64,000 nt of DNA, taken from IMG/VR virus record IMGVR_UViG_3300044640_001495, positions 248,001 to 312,000 of that record. One strand, 5' to 3'. Under the pieces are notes generated by a model. The model did not search any database. It saw only the letters and a list, made by a program, of their open reading frames with translations, and was not told where the DNA came from. Of this stretch, positions 20,219-29,907 are shown one piece after another. Each line of letters begins with the position of its first letter. The first letter of the stretch is position 1. A program made the position numbers and the translations under genes.

Positions 20219-20584
20219 ATGCCAAGTTTACCAAATTCTCTTCAGCAAGATAGTGCTGCTGGAACAAAATTATTTTTTGATCGTTACGGCGAACGAACTT
20301 TGGAATTTGGAGCCAACGAAGTCGGTGCTGCTATTGCTTTTTTCCAAAGTCGTGGATTTGAAAACGAAGCGGCTCTTATCACAGCACAGGTTTTATTGAA
20401 TCAAGCCAAACTCGACGACGTTCCGGTGTTTAAAATCATCGACACTCTCAAGAATTTTAATGGCGTTCAAATTAGTGCTCTGGTGGCTGAGATTCTAAAC
20501 AACAATAGAAATGCCACAAGTTCACTGGGTTATCGCACTGACTTAATAGAAAAACAAAATCAAACTAGAAATATTTTTGCCTAA
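20219..20584 (+). CDS. hypothetical virion protein
   Basis: Co-oriented and tightly coupled between the tube-like gene and gp4. Confidence 0.65.
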   Translation: MPSLPNSLQQDSAAGTKLFFDRYGERTLEFGANEVGAAIAFFQSRGFENEAALITAQVLLNQAKLDDVPVFKIIDTLKNFNGVQISALVAEILNNNRNATSSLGYRTDLIEKQNQTRNIFA

Positions 20585-21024
20585 TGCCAAAGTTTGCTCA
20601 AGGTCGATTTGAAATGAAAAATGTCGACAAATATGTTGGCAAAAAAACACCATTGGCTCGAAGTTCGTGGGAATTTATTTTTATGAAGATGTTGGACGAA
20701 CATCCGGGTGTTGAAAAGTGGGCCAGCGAAAGCATACAAATTCCCTACAGAGATCCGTTAACCGGCAAGTATACAATATATGTTCCTGATTTTTTTATCA
20801 CTTATGTGGATAAAAATGGGAAAAAACATGCAGAAGTTGTAGAAGTTAAACCAGCTAGTCAAACGTTTATAGAACAGGTGGGAAAGAGTCAGTACAATCA
20901 ACAGCAGTATGTTAAAAATATGGCCAAATGGGAAGCTGCCGCAGCCTGGTGCAAACAGCAAGGTGTCAAGTTCCGCATAGTCAACGAAGGCGATATTTTT
21001 CATCAAGGCTCAAAACGCAGATAA
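20584..21024 (+). CDS. head completion nuclease, T4 gp4-like (TnsA-N/PD-(D/E)xK fold)
   Basis: RSSWEFIFM, WASESIQIPY, YVPDF, VEVKP, KWEAAAAWC. Confidence 0.88.
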   Translation: MPKFAQGRFEMKNVDKYVGKKTPLARSSWEFIFMKMLDEHPGVEKWASESIQIPYRDPLTGKYTIYVPDFFITYVDKNGKKHAEVVEVKPASQTFIEQVGKSQYNQQQYVKNMAKWEAAAAWCKQQGVKFRIVNEGDIFHQGSKRR

Positions 21025-21031
21025 GTAATGT

Positions 21032-21514
21032 ATGACGAAAAAACTTGAAGAACTGTTTAATCTAGAAGAATCTAAACCTGCAAAGGAAACAGCCCCTGTT
21101 GAACCCAAAATAGATCACACAGAAGTTCGCAGTTTAGATGACAGCTATAAAGCGGTGGCTGAGATTACTCGCAGTTTACCACAAGTAAAAGAACTAGACG
21201 AACTTAATGATCACGAACTAGACAATCTAGCATCAAAAGCTGAACAGGCCTATGACGACCTAATGGATTTAGGAATGAATGTAGAAGTTCGTTATAGCAG
21301 TCGTATTTTTGAAGTGGCCAGCTCAATGTTAGGCCATGCAATTACAGCTAAGTCTAATAAAATTGAGAAAAAACTCAAGGCTATTGACATGCAAATGAAG
21401 AAATACAAAATTGACAAAGATAACAACGAAGACCCAAATGATGTTATTAACGGGCAAGGATATGTGATCACTGACCGCAACGAGCTGATCAAGAAACTGG
21501 GCGGAAAAGCATAA
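21032..21514 (+). CDS. probable terminase small subunit, gp16-like
   Basis: Helical, with a VITDRNELIKKL tail reminiscent of gp16 C-termini; near the large terminase; late promoter GATAAGTA 4 nt upstream. Inference only. Confidence 0.45.
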   Translation: MTKKLEELFNLEESKPAKETAPVEPKIDHTEVRSLDDSYKAVAEITRSLPQVKELDELNDHELDNLASKAEQAYDDLMDLGMNVEVRYSSRIFEVASSMLGHAITAKSNKIEKKLKAIDMQMKKYKIDKDNNEDPNDVINGQGYVITDRNELIKKLGGKA

Positions 21515-21522
21515 ATACTACT

Positions 21523-22083
21523 ATGAAAACTTTCAAAGAATATCTTGCCGAAGGCAAAAAATCATACAGCTTTAAAATTAAAGTTGCCGGTGATCTGCCC
21601 GAAGATTTCCAATCAAACTTAAAAACGTCCCTAGAAAGATGCAAAGTTATGAAAATGGAAAAACTCAGCACAACACCAATCCAAGCAGTTCCTATGGATT
21701 TTCCAACTATGAAAAACTGTGAAGTTCACGTTTTTGAAGTTGCTTGTGAATATCCTATTACTTCGCCTGAAATCAGCAGTGATATCAAGAGTATGGGTCT
21801 AGACGAAGCTAGTTTTAGAGTAAGAGGAAGCAACGAATCTTCTGAAACTGATCAAGGTGAAATAGAAATTTTAAACACTGACGGGCTGTTAACTGACAGT
21901 CAGTATAAAGAAGGTACCAATGTCAAGCACAAAGATTTCTTTGGCGATGACTTTAACAAGAGTTTTTTAAAAGATTTAAGCAAAGTTGCTAAACAACAAA
22001 AGAAAGACAACGGTCAGACAGAATATAAACTGCCCAAGGCCAAAATTGATAAGACCGGCGTAAAAAGCGCCCTAGGGAGTTAA
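21523..22083 (+). CDS. probable internal head protein
   Basis: N-terminal MKTFKEYLAE resembles T4-like head-targeting / gp21-cleaved leaders; late promoter 5 nt upstream. Confidence 0.5.
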   Translation: MKTFKEYLAEGKKSYSFKIKVAGDLPEDFQSNLKTSLERCKVMKMEKLSTTPIQAVPMDFPTMKNCEVHVFEVACEYPITSPEISSDIKSMGLDEASFRVRGSNESSETDQGEIEILNTDGLLTDSQYKEGTNVKHKDFFGDDFNKSFLKDLSKVAKQQKKDNGQTEYKLPKAKIDKTGVKSALGS

Positions 22084-22084
22084 T

Positions 22085-23029
22085 ATGAATTTCAATGAAT
22101 TGATGTCTAAAATGCGCGAGCTGGATGCTCCTGTCGCTCCATTGGGGGCGGTTGAGGCCTGTGGCGATCCAATGGGCATGCCCCCGCCGAGTATTCCTAG
22201 CAAGCCCGATGAACCTCCCCCAAGCATGAGTTTGAACCTCAATGCACAGGGCATGGACAACATTGCTGAATTAATGAAGTTGATGACCAAAGTCAATCCA
22301 GACATGATCAATCAACCAGCACCAATGAGCATGCCTCCAATGAGTGCCGAACCAAGCATCATGAGTATCAAGCCTCCAATGCCAGGCATTGGAGATCTAG
22401 GAAATCTAGATTCAGGACCATTAAAAATGTTGCCTGACCTAGACAAAGACGAACCACACAGTGAGCCTGATGCAGATAATAGAGGCGGTCCTAGTGACAT
22501 GGATGCAGACAATATGCCTCCAATGGGTGACCTAGATCGTGACGATAAAGGCATTGACTCTATTCAAAAGTCTATGGGCGACCGAGACGGTGACGGCGAT
22601 CATGACATGGATGATCATGACATGGAAAAAGACGGCAAAGAAGGCGACAAGAAAGACAAAGAAGAAGCATTCGGTAATGCACCGGAAGGCGCATCTGGAC
22701 AAGAATATCATGGCATAGATGCTGCTATTCCAGACGGCGACGACTTGAACAAGCCAAAGAAAAGTTTTAGCGGTAAACCATATCGTGGCGACAATCCTAT
22801 GGCTGCCGGCGCTTACGAAAGCAAAGAACAACTACGTGCCAGCATCAAGGAAGAATTACGTAGACGTTTATCAGAAGCAAAAAGTGAAAAGTTTGATCCA
22901 CTAAAACATGTTAAGAATCCAACACAGGGTGAGAAGAATGCAGCACCCGATGTTAATCGTGAAAAATATGGCGATCGGGCAGCAATATTAAGATCCGCCG
23001 AAAAAGACGGTCGCTTAAAGACTACGTGA
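22085..23029 (+). CDS. Pro/Met/Asp-rich low-complexity protein, probably a prohead core or internal protein
   Basis: MNFNELMSKMRELD leader; disordered composition; DRDGDGDHDMDDH motif. Confidence 0.55.
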   Translation: MNFNELMSKMRELDAPVAPLGAVEACGDPMGMPPPSIPSKPDEPPPSMSLNLNAQGMDNIAELMKLMTKVNPDMINQPAPMSMPPMSAEPSIMSIKPPMPGIGDLGNLDSGPLKMLPDLDKDEPHSEPDADNRGGPSDMDADNMPPMGDLDRDDKGIDSIQKSMGDRDGDGDHDMDDHDMEKDGKEGDKKDKEEAFGNAPEGASGQEYHGIDAAIPDGDDLNKPKKSFSGKPYRGDNPMAAGAYESKEQLRASIKEELRRRLSEAKSEKFDPLKHVKNPTQGEKNAAPDVNREKYGDRAAILRSAEKDGRLKTT

Positions 23030-23043
23030 TACAAGTCAAATCC

Positions 23044-23071
23044 AAATAGGCTCTCCGGAGCCTATTTTTTT
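23044..23071 (+). terminator. Rho-independent terminator
   Basis: AAATAGGCTC-TCCG-GAGCCTATTTTTTT. Confidence 0.85.
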
Positions 23072-23085
23072 CAGTAAATAACAGT

Positions 23086-24672
23086 ATGGCAAAATCACTA
23101 GACGGTAATTTAATTAAGAAAGCTCATGCACCTCAACGATATACTCTTGAGGAAGTCAAGCATCTTGAAGCATGTATGGATCCTGTCACTGGTCCGCTGT
23201 ATTTTTGTAAAAACTTTTTAAAGATTCAGCACCCTGTACGTGGATCAATTCCGTTTGCACCTTACGAATATCAAGAAAGACTAATAGATGCCTATCACAA
23301 CAACAAACAGTGTATTGCCATGCTGCCACGACAGATGGGTAAGACCACCTGTGCCACAGGATACTTGTTATGGTACACAATGTTTGTGCCAGAAGCACAG
23401 GTTTTAATTGCTGCTCACAAATACGAAGGTGCGCAGGACATTATGAATCGTTATCGATTCGGTTACGAAAACCTGCCAGATTTTATTCGTGCAGGTGTGT
23501 ATAGCTACAATAGAAACACCATTGAGTATGACAACGGAGCTCGTATACAGGCAGTGACAACTACAGAAAATACAGGTCGTGGTAAATCTCTTTCACTGAT
23601 CTATTGCGATGAGTTTGCGTTTGTGCAGCCTCCAGAAAAAGCCAAAGAATTCTGGACTGCACTGTCACCAACATTATCAACAGGCGGTAAATGTATTATT
23701 ACATCAACACCAAACAGTGACGAAGATCAGTTTGCGTTAATTTGGACTGAGGCTAACAAGCGATTCGATGAGCATGGGAATGAACAGCAATTAGGTATGA
23801 ATGGATTCCACAGTTTCTTTGCACACTGGGCAGAACATCCAGATCGTGATGAGAAGTGGGCTCAGACAGAACGTGCAAAGATTGGTGAAGAGCGTTTCCG
23901 TCGTGAATTTGATTGCGAATTCTTGATCTTTGACGAAACGCTAATCAATGCTGTGCGACTGGCAGAAATGAAAGGTGTTGACCCTATCATGACCATGGGG
24001 CAAACACGTTTTTATAAAGACATTGACCCAAGAGCAACTTATCTAGTTTCCCTAGATCCTTCATTAGGCACTGGTGGGGACTATGGTGCCATACAGGTGT
24101 TTGAAATGCCCAGTATGGAACAGGTAGCAGAATGGCGACATAATCTAACTCCTATTCAAGCACAGGTTAAACACCTAAGAGAAATTTGCAAGTACATTCA
24201 AGACCGAGGACTAGAAAAGGGCGGTATTCCGCAACTTTATTACAGTGTTGAAAACAATACACTAGGCGAAGCTGCTCTTATTGTTATTAGTAATCTAGGA
24301 GAAGAAAACTTCCCAGGATTATTCCTTTCTGAGCCTATGCGTAAGGGTCATGTACGTAAATTTAGAAAAGGATTTAACACAACACACAAGACAAAAATCA
24401 CTGCTTGTAGTCAGGTTAAACACATGTTAGAAACACAAAAAATGAAGATTTACTCTAAACCTCTAATATCTGAGCTTAAAACATTTGTGGCACACGGAGT
24501 GGGATTTGGCGCTAAAACAGGCGAACACGACGACCTAGTAAGTGCCATGCTGTTAATAATACGTATGGCTGGAGTATTATCAGATTGGGATCCCAAGATC
24601 TACGAAAAGATGACAGAAAAATTAAGCGAAGATCAAATGCCCATGCCGATATTTGTCTCTAGCGGTTTTTGA
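23086..24672 (+). CDS. terminase large subunit, T4 gp17-like
   Basis: Walker A RQMGKT, Walker B IYCDE, TSTPN, nuclease SLDPSLG and HDDLV; late promoter AGTAAATA 5 nt upstream. Confidence 0.95.
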   Translation: MAKSLDGNLIKKAHAPQRYTLEEVKHLEACMDPVTGPLYFCKNFLKIQHPVRGSIPFAPYEYQERLIDAYHNNKQCIAMLPRQMGKTTCATGYLLWYTMFVPEAQVLIAAHKYEGAQDIMNRYRFGYENLPDFIRAGVYSYNRNTIEYDNGARIQAVTTTENTGRGKSLSLIYCDEFAFVQPPEKAKEFWTALSPTLSTGGKCIITSTPNSDEDQFALIWTEANKRFDEHGNEQQLGMNGFHSFFAHWAEHPDRDEKWAQTERAKIGEERFRREFDCEFLIFDETLINAVRLAEMKGVDPIMTMGQTRFYKDIDPRATYLVSLDPSLGTGGDYGAIQVFEMPSMEQVAEWRHNLTPIQAQVKHLREICKYIQDRGLEKGGIPQLYYSVENNTLGEAALIVISNLGEENFPGLFLSEPMRKGHVRKFRKGFNTTHKTKITACSQVKHMLETQKMKIYSKPLISELKTFVAHGVGFGAKTGEHDDLVSAMLLIIRMAGVLSDWDPKIYEKMTEKLSEDQMPMPIFVSSGF

Positions 24673-24683
24673 TAAATATAACT

Positions 24684-26651
24684 ATGGACGCAACAAACAA
24701 TATAGCCACCGATTTATTCTATAAAATTAGAAGCCGCTTCAAAGGCCTAAAACTAGGCGATGGAACCGGTTCAATTACCATCAATCCCGAAGATGCCCGA
24801 TTCTTTGACTTTGATTATATGGAAGGCGAAACTGCAATCGGGCATGTTAGTATTAGCCTAGCAGAACAAAATTCATTAAAAGTATATTTCTCAACAGGAA
24901 TTACAGAATCAATGGATGGCGGACAAAAAGATAATTGGTATGGATTTCTAAAAGAATTACGTACATTTGCAAAACGTAGACTAATGGCGTTCGATACTAG
25001 AGACATTGCCAAAGACAATCTAGATCAAAGAGATTATGAATTTCTAAGTCAGCACAATCAGCCTAAAGATCAAGCAAACACAGTAGTTAAACCTGTTGGA
25101 GAAAGCATTATGAGTGAAAGCGCACTATACGGATCAAAGACCGTTAGTTATCAAAAGTTAATGGACACACGTCTTATCATCAAACACAATCAAGCAGTAA
25201 TGGACGATGCAGCACCTGGTGCTAGAAGCCGTAACATTTCTGGACTGTTTGTTGAAAATCAAGACGGAGAACGTTTTAAATATCCATTTATTCATCTAGC
25301 AGGTGCCCGTGCAATGCAACGTCACGTGGCCAACGGTGGCGTGCCATATGACGACATTGGTAAAAGCATTGTTAACATGAGTGAAGAAATTGCACAGCTA
25401 AAGAGTTTTGGCAATTATGTTGTGCGCAACGATCTAATGAATTCAGATACAAATAATGTTGTAGAAAGATCAGCAGAACAACTAAACAGATTGCGCGAGC
25501 AAATTAAAGCTATGAGCAAGCAAAGCCACTACGAACAATATCGTGAATCATTCCAGGCACAAACACAAGAAGAAGTTCCACAAGAATTTGTAGAAGAATT
25601 TACAGAAAAATTCACAGTTAGAAACTTCAAAGAAGATATTAAAAATGTGTTCCCGGTCTTGTATAGACTGATGAAAGAAAGCGACATAGGCTATGACGAC
25701 ATAGTCGCAATGACAACCACAGAACAAGAAACCGTAGAGGATGTTGAGCTCGATGAACACAACGAGTTCGATCGCTTTGAATCTTGGGTTATGGGGTTAG
25801 GCGAAGACTCAGCTATTGCTAGTCAAGATCCACAAGAACAACAGACAGCAAAACAAGAATTACAAGAGTTGGTTAGTCAGGCATTCCCAACAGGCGTTGA
25901 TGGTTCAAATGCTATCGAAAGTCTAAAAGGCATCATTGAAGATCCACAATTATTTAAAGCTATCAAAGAACAAGCACAACAAGATCCAGACTCTGATGTT
26001 CGTGGTATGGTAAAAGATTGGCTAGAATCTAATGCTCCAGAAGCAATTGAAGGGTTAGATTTTGGAGACTTTGAGGAACAGCCTGCAATGGATGCTGAAG
26101 AACAACCACAAGAAGCCAGTGATGGTCCTAACAAAAGCGATGTACCTGCATATCTACGCAAACAAAAAGGTGGAGATGATTGGAAGGTCAGCACTAAAGA
26201 CGTAGAAGATGAAAAAACTAAATCTCCAACAAGTTCAGCAGGCTTAGCACGTAGAAAACAAGAACTAGGAATGGGAGAAGCTGATAGCGAGCCTAGCAAA
26301 AAAGATGACGACAATTCTCCTCCTTGGGATACCGACGACGAAGAAAAGTCACAATTTAAAAAGCCCAATAATCCAAATCGTACAGGCCAAGACAGTGCTA
26401 GAGCATTAGCACAACGAGGCATGCAGTCTAAAATGAATGTACAAGAGTTAGCAGAATTCATCAGTAGTTTTTATGATAGAAATTCAGGTACATTCCCTAA
26501 AGGTCCAGAAGGCGTTGTTATCATGGTAGGCAAAAAGTTTGGTGAACAGGCAGAAATGGTTGCTCGCAAAATGGTAGAAAGAATGGCTCCACAACAACAA
26601 GATCCACAAATTGCAGAATTAGCACGTATTAGAGAATTAGCAGGCTATTAA
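24684..26651 (+). CDS. large acidic hypothetical head-morphogenesis protein (start probably ATG 24684)
   Basis: Late promoter GATAAATA 5 nt upstream; acidic; ends ELARIRELAGY; no portal motifs recognised. Confidence 0.6.
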   Translation: MDATNNIATDLFYKIRSRFKGLKLGDGTGSITINPEDARFFDFDYMEGETAIGHVSISLAEQNSLKVYFSTGITESMDGGQKDNWYGFLKELRTFAKRRLMAFDTRDIAKDNLDQRDYEFLSQHNQPKDQANTVVKPVGESIMSESALYGSKTVSYQKLMDTRLIIKHNQAVMDDAAPGARSRNISGLFVENQDGERFKYPFIHLAGARAMQRHVANGGVPYDDIGKSIVNMSEEIAQLKSFGNYVVRNDLMNSDTNNVVERSAEQLNRLREQIKAMSKQSHYEQYRESFQAQTQEEVPQEFVEEFTEKFTVRNFKEDIKNVFPVLYRLMKESDIGYDDIVAMTTTEQETVEDVELDEHNEFDRFESWVMGLGEDSAIASQDPQEQQTAKQELQELVSQAFPTGVDGSNAIESLKGIIEDPQLFKAIKEQAQQDPDSDVRGMVKDWLESNAPEAIEGLDFGDFEEQPAMDAEEQPQEASDGPNKSDVPAYLRKQKGGDDWKVSTKDVEDEKTKSPTSSAGLARRKQELGMGEADSEPSKKDDDNSPPWDTDDEEKSQFKKPNNPNRTGQDSARALAQRGMQSKMNVQELAEFISSFYDRNSGTFPKGPEGVVIMVGKKFGEQAEMVARKMVERMAPQQQDPQIAELARIRELAGY

Positions 26652-26693
26652 GATTGTTCGTAGCAGTTAGAGTCTAGTTAACTCTATTAGATT

Positions 26694-26717
26694 GGGCACT
26701 TAGGTGTCCTTTCTTTT
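26694..26717 (+). terminator. probable Rho-independent terminator
   Basis: GGGCAC-TTAG-GTGTCC followed by TTTCTTTT. Confidence 0.6.
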
Positions 26718-26807
26718 GGCGAAATCAGTTGTCAACGTAATTGTCAACTAAGGCGTTATATATATGTAGGGGTAGAAATTCCTACTTAACCAAAAGGAAA
26801 CTTTAAA

Positions 26808-27026
26808 ATGAAATCAGCAATCGCAATCCTCGCTACCGTGTTCGCAGTATCAGCATTTGCACAAGCACCTGCCAAGAAAGAAGAAGCCAAGCCAGCAGCA
26901 CCGGCTGCAACAGCAAGTGCTCCAACACCAGCTAAGGCTGAAGTTAAGAAGGAAGAGAAAAAGCCTGCAAAAAGCGAACCTGCTAAGAAAGAGCCAGCTA
27001 AAGCAGACGCAAAAGCCGCTAAGTAA
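26808..27026 (+). CDS. small secreted Ala/Lys/Pro-rich protein with Sec signal peptide
   Basis: MKSAIAILATVFAVSAFA|QAP signal with AFA cleavage site; AAGGA SD; GTAGG..CCTAC leader hairpin at 26766-26785. Confidence 0.8.
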   Translation: MKSAIAILATVFAVSAFAQAPAKKEEAKPAAPAATASAPTPAKAEVKKEEKKPAKSEPAKKEPAKADAKAAK

Positions 27027-27187
27027 ACTTGACCTAGAAGATAGCGATCTCATTGTTGATGATGAGATCACATTTGGTCGTAATCTAAAGGCTCGCAATT
27101 TTGGTCAGTTAGTAGAAGATGACTTATCAGACTATGTGAAGTTTAGATTATGGCTAGCTAGACAAAGAGCAATGGCAGCATATAGAG

Positions 27188-27212
27188 AAAAGTGGGCTTG
27201 ACCCACTTTTTT
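27188..27212 (+). terminator. Rho-independent terminator
   Basis: AAAAGTGGG-CTTGA-CCCACTTTTTT. Confidence 0.75.
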
Positions 27213-27250
27213 CTTTTGGTAAAATAAATCAAAAAAATAGCAGATAATCA

Positions 27251-27279
27251 TTGACCTTGCTAAATAAAAAGCGCATAAT
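27251..27279 (+). promoter_or_regulatory. nested sigma70 (TTGACC-N17-CATAAT) and late (GCTAAATA at 27259-27266) promoters for SSB
   Basis: Both motifs visible upstream of the gp32 leader. Confidence 0.6.
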
Positions 27280-27336
27280 AATACATGTGCATAAGGCATA
27301 TAAACATTTTAGGCATAACACAAGGAGGCATTTAAA

Positions 27337-28320
27337 ATGGCATCACTCGCAGAAATCCGTGCTAAACTTCAAGAAGCACAATCAAAGTCCACAGGACAAT
27401 CCACAGGCGGTGGAGACAACGCAATTTACCCACATTGGAACATGCAAGAAGGCAAGGAAGCGGTCATCCGTTTGCTACCCGATGGCAACTCTGCCAATAC
27501 ATTTTTCTGGGTAGAACGTGCAATGATCAAATTGCCGTTCGCAGGTATCAAAGGTGAAACAGATAGTCGTCCAGTTCAAGTGCAAGTTCCTTGCGTTGAA
27601 ATGTACAACGATGGTACAGTTTGCCCAATCCTTTCAGAAGTGCGTGGTTGGTTCAAAGATAAATCATTGGAAGAGATGGGTCGTAAGTATTGGAAAAAGC
27701 GTTCATACATTTTCCAAGGATTTGTGGTTGAAGATCCTATTAAGGAAGATAAGCAACCTGAGAATCCAATTCGTAGATTTATCATCGGTCCTCAAATCTA
27801 TCAAATCATCCGTTCAGCATTGATGGATCCAGAGTTGGAAGAACTGCCAACTGACTACCTCAAGGGCGTAGACTTCCGTATTGCCAAGACATCTAAAGGT
27901 GGCTTTGCTGACTACTCTACATCAAAATGGAGCCGTCGTGAACGTTCTTTAACGGAAGTTGAAGCAGCAGCCATTGAAGCTCACGGCTTATTTAATTTAA
28001 GCGACTTCTTGCCCAAGAAGCCTACCGATGTTGAGCTCAAGGTCATGAAAGAAATGTTTGAAGCGTCGGTAGACGGTGAAGCATATGACATGGATCGTTG
28101 GGGTCAATACTTCAAGCCAGCAGGTATGGGACAGGCCACGGGCGATCCTAATAAAGCTGCCGCACCACGTGCCGCAGTGACCGCTCCTGCAGCCGAAGAC
28201 GCTCCTTTTGATGCTGATGAACCAGCTGTCAAAGCCAGTGCTCCGGCAGCTCAACCAGCTAGCGATGGTGCTAGTCGTGCGCAAGACATTCTTGCCATGA
28301 TTCGCAATCGTCAGAAGTAA
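27337..28320 (+). CDS. single-stranded DNA-binding protein, T4 gp32-like
   Basis: MASLAEIRAKL, VIRLLP, CPILSEV, YWKKRSYIFQGFV, acidic/Ala-rich tail; AAGGAGG SD. Confidence 0.92.
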   Translation: MASLAEIRAKLQEAQSKSTGQSTGGGDNAIYPHWNMQEGKEAVIRLLPDGNSANTFFWVERAMIKLPFAGIKGETDSRPVQVQVPCVEMYNDGTVCPILSEVRGWFKDKSLEEMGRKYWKKRSYIFQGFVVEDPIKEDKQPENPIRRFIIGPQIYQIIRSALMDPELEELPTDYLKGVDFRIAKTSKGGFADYSTSKWSRRERSLTEVEAAAIEAHGLFNLSDFLPKKPTDVELKVMKEMFEASVDGEAYDMDRWGQYFKPAGMGQATGDPNKAAAPRAAVTAPAAEDAPFDADEPAVKASAPAAQPASDGASRAQDILAMIRNRQK

Positions 28321-28331
28321 ATTGCTAGTCA

Positions 28332-28361
28332 AGAGTACGAGCGTGAGCTCGTACTCTCTTT
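28332..28361 (+). terminator. Rho-independent terminator
   Basis: AGAGTACGAGC-GTGA-GCTCGTACTCT, 11-bp stem with GNRA loop, then CTTT. Confidence 0.75.
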
Positions 28362-28379
28362 CATTTCAGGAGAATAATA

Positions 28380-28592
28380 ATGGCAAAAATATTAAAAGTA
28401 AATGAGAACTTTTCTCTAAGTTATAATAGTCGCGAAGATCAATCTGGCGACACTGTGGCGGATATTGATATTAGATTCGATAATCCTAAGGATGATTCTG
28501 TTATAATTAAAAGACTAAACACTTGGCTACAAGCAATTGGTCGAGAAGACATTGTTGTAAGCCCAAAGAAATTACCAAAGGGTGAACTATAA
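28380..28592 (+). CDS. hypothetical protein
   Basis: AGGAG SD; stop overlaps the uvsX start. Confidence 0.65.
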   Translation: MAKILKVNENFSLSYNSREDQSGDTVADIDIRFDNPKDDSVIIKRLNTWLQAIGREDIVVSPKKLPKGEL

Positions 28593-29671
28593 TGGCAAAA
28601 GCATTTGATATCAGTAAATTTAGAAAGTCAATTACCAAGTCTATCGACGGACTGAGTATTGGTTTTAATGACCCAACTGACTGGGTTAGCACAAACAACT
28701 ACGCATTAAACTATTTGATCAGCGGATATTTCGATCGTGGTATTCCGTTAGGTAAGGTAACAGTATTTGCTGGTGAATCTGGTGCAGGTAAGAGTTTTAT
28801 CTGTTCAGGTAACCTAGTCAAGAATGCACAAGCACAGGGCATTTATCCTATCTTGATTGATACAGAAAATGCACTTGACGAAAAGTGGCTACACGCTCTC
28901 GGTGTTGACACAAGTCCAGATAAGTTGTTGAAACTTAATATGGCCATGATCGATGATGTGGCAAAGACCATTACAGAATTTATTGCAGAATACAAAACAA
29001 TGGATGAAGCAGATCGACCTAAGATATTGTTCATCATAGATTCATTGGGCATGTTGTTGACTCCTACTGATGTTAATCAATTTCAAGCAGGTGATATGAA
29101 AGGTGACATGGGTCGCAAGCCTAAGGCGCTAACCGCACTTGTTCGTAACTGTGTCAATATGTTCGGTAGCTACAATATTGGCATGGTATGTACTAATCAC
29201 ACCTACGCCAGTCAAGACATGTTTGATCCAGATGACAAGATTTCGGGCGGTCAAGGTTTCATCTACGCCAGCTCTATCGTTGTTGCTATGCGTAAATTAA
29301 AATTAAAACTTGATGCAGATGGTAATAAGACTACAACTGTACAAGGTATTCGTGCAGCCTGTAAGATTATGAAAACTCGTTATGCAAAACCGTTTGAAAG
29401 TGTACAGGTTGAGATTCCTTATGAAACAGGTATGAGTCCATATAGTGGATTGGTCGATCTGTTCGAAGCAAAAGGCATGCTCAAGAAAGAAGGAAACAGT
29501 CTTGTATACACTACCAAAGATGGTGAGATTATCAAGCAGTTCCGCAAGGCCTGGGAACGCAACGAGAAAGACGGACTAGACATTGCAATGGCTGACATTT
29601 CAAAACACGGTGAAATTTCCACTTCTGAGATAACTACTACAGTTGAATCAGACTTGGAGGTCACCGAATGA
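28592..29671 (+). CDS. uvsX: RecA-like recombinase UvsX
   Basis: GESGAGKS, IDTENALD, IIDSLG, GDMGRKPK, SGGQGFIYASS, KTRYAKPF. Confidence 0.93.
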   Translation: MAKAFDISKFRKSITKSIDGLSIGFNDPTDWVSTNNYALNYLISGYFDRGIPLGKVTVFAGESGAGKSFICSGNLVKNAQAQGIYPILIDTENALDEKWLHALGVDTSPDKLLKLNMAMIDDVAKTITEFIAEYKTMDEADRPKILFIIDSLGMLLTPTDVNQFQAGDMKGDMGRKPKALTALVRNCVNMFGSYNIGMVCTNHTYASQDMFDPDDKISGGQGFIYASSIVVAMRKLKLKLDADGNKTTTVQGIRAACKIMKTRYAKPFESVQVEIPYETGMSPYSGLVDLFEAKGMLKKEGNSLVYTTKDGEIIKQFRKAWERNEKDGLDIAMADISKHGEISTSEITTTVESDLEVTE

Positions 29672-29907
29672 AAGACGACTTGATTGCAGATATCTGGACA
29701 TTGGTCATTGAGCATATTCCAGAAAAGCATAGAAAAGATCTAGCTGCCGATTTTGTTAACACACTATTAGATTACGGTATTAAAGAATCAACACTTGAAA
29801 GCCTTCTTGGCGTCGATCCTTACCTAGACACTGCAATAGAATATTCAATCGACGGTGAAGAAATTGTAGACGAGGAAGAAGAATACTACGACGAAGACGA
29901 GGAATAA
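29668..29907 (+). CDS. hypothetical acidic protein
   Basis: Coupled to uvsX and uvsY; acidic tail DEEEEYYDEDEE. Confidence 0.7.
   Translation: MKDDLIADIWTLVIEHIPEKHRKDLAADFVNTLLDYGIKESTLESLLGVDPYLDTAIEYSIDGEEIVDEEEEYYDEDEE

Noticed and set aside
24669-26651. Portal protein call for the large ORF after the terminase
   Set aside because: Position is suggestive, but no gp20-like motifs were recognised and the acidic, low-complexity C-half fits an internal or scaffold protein.
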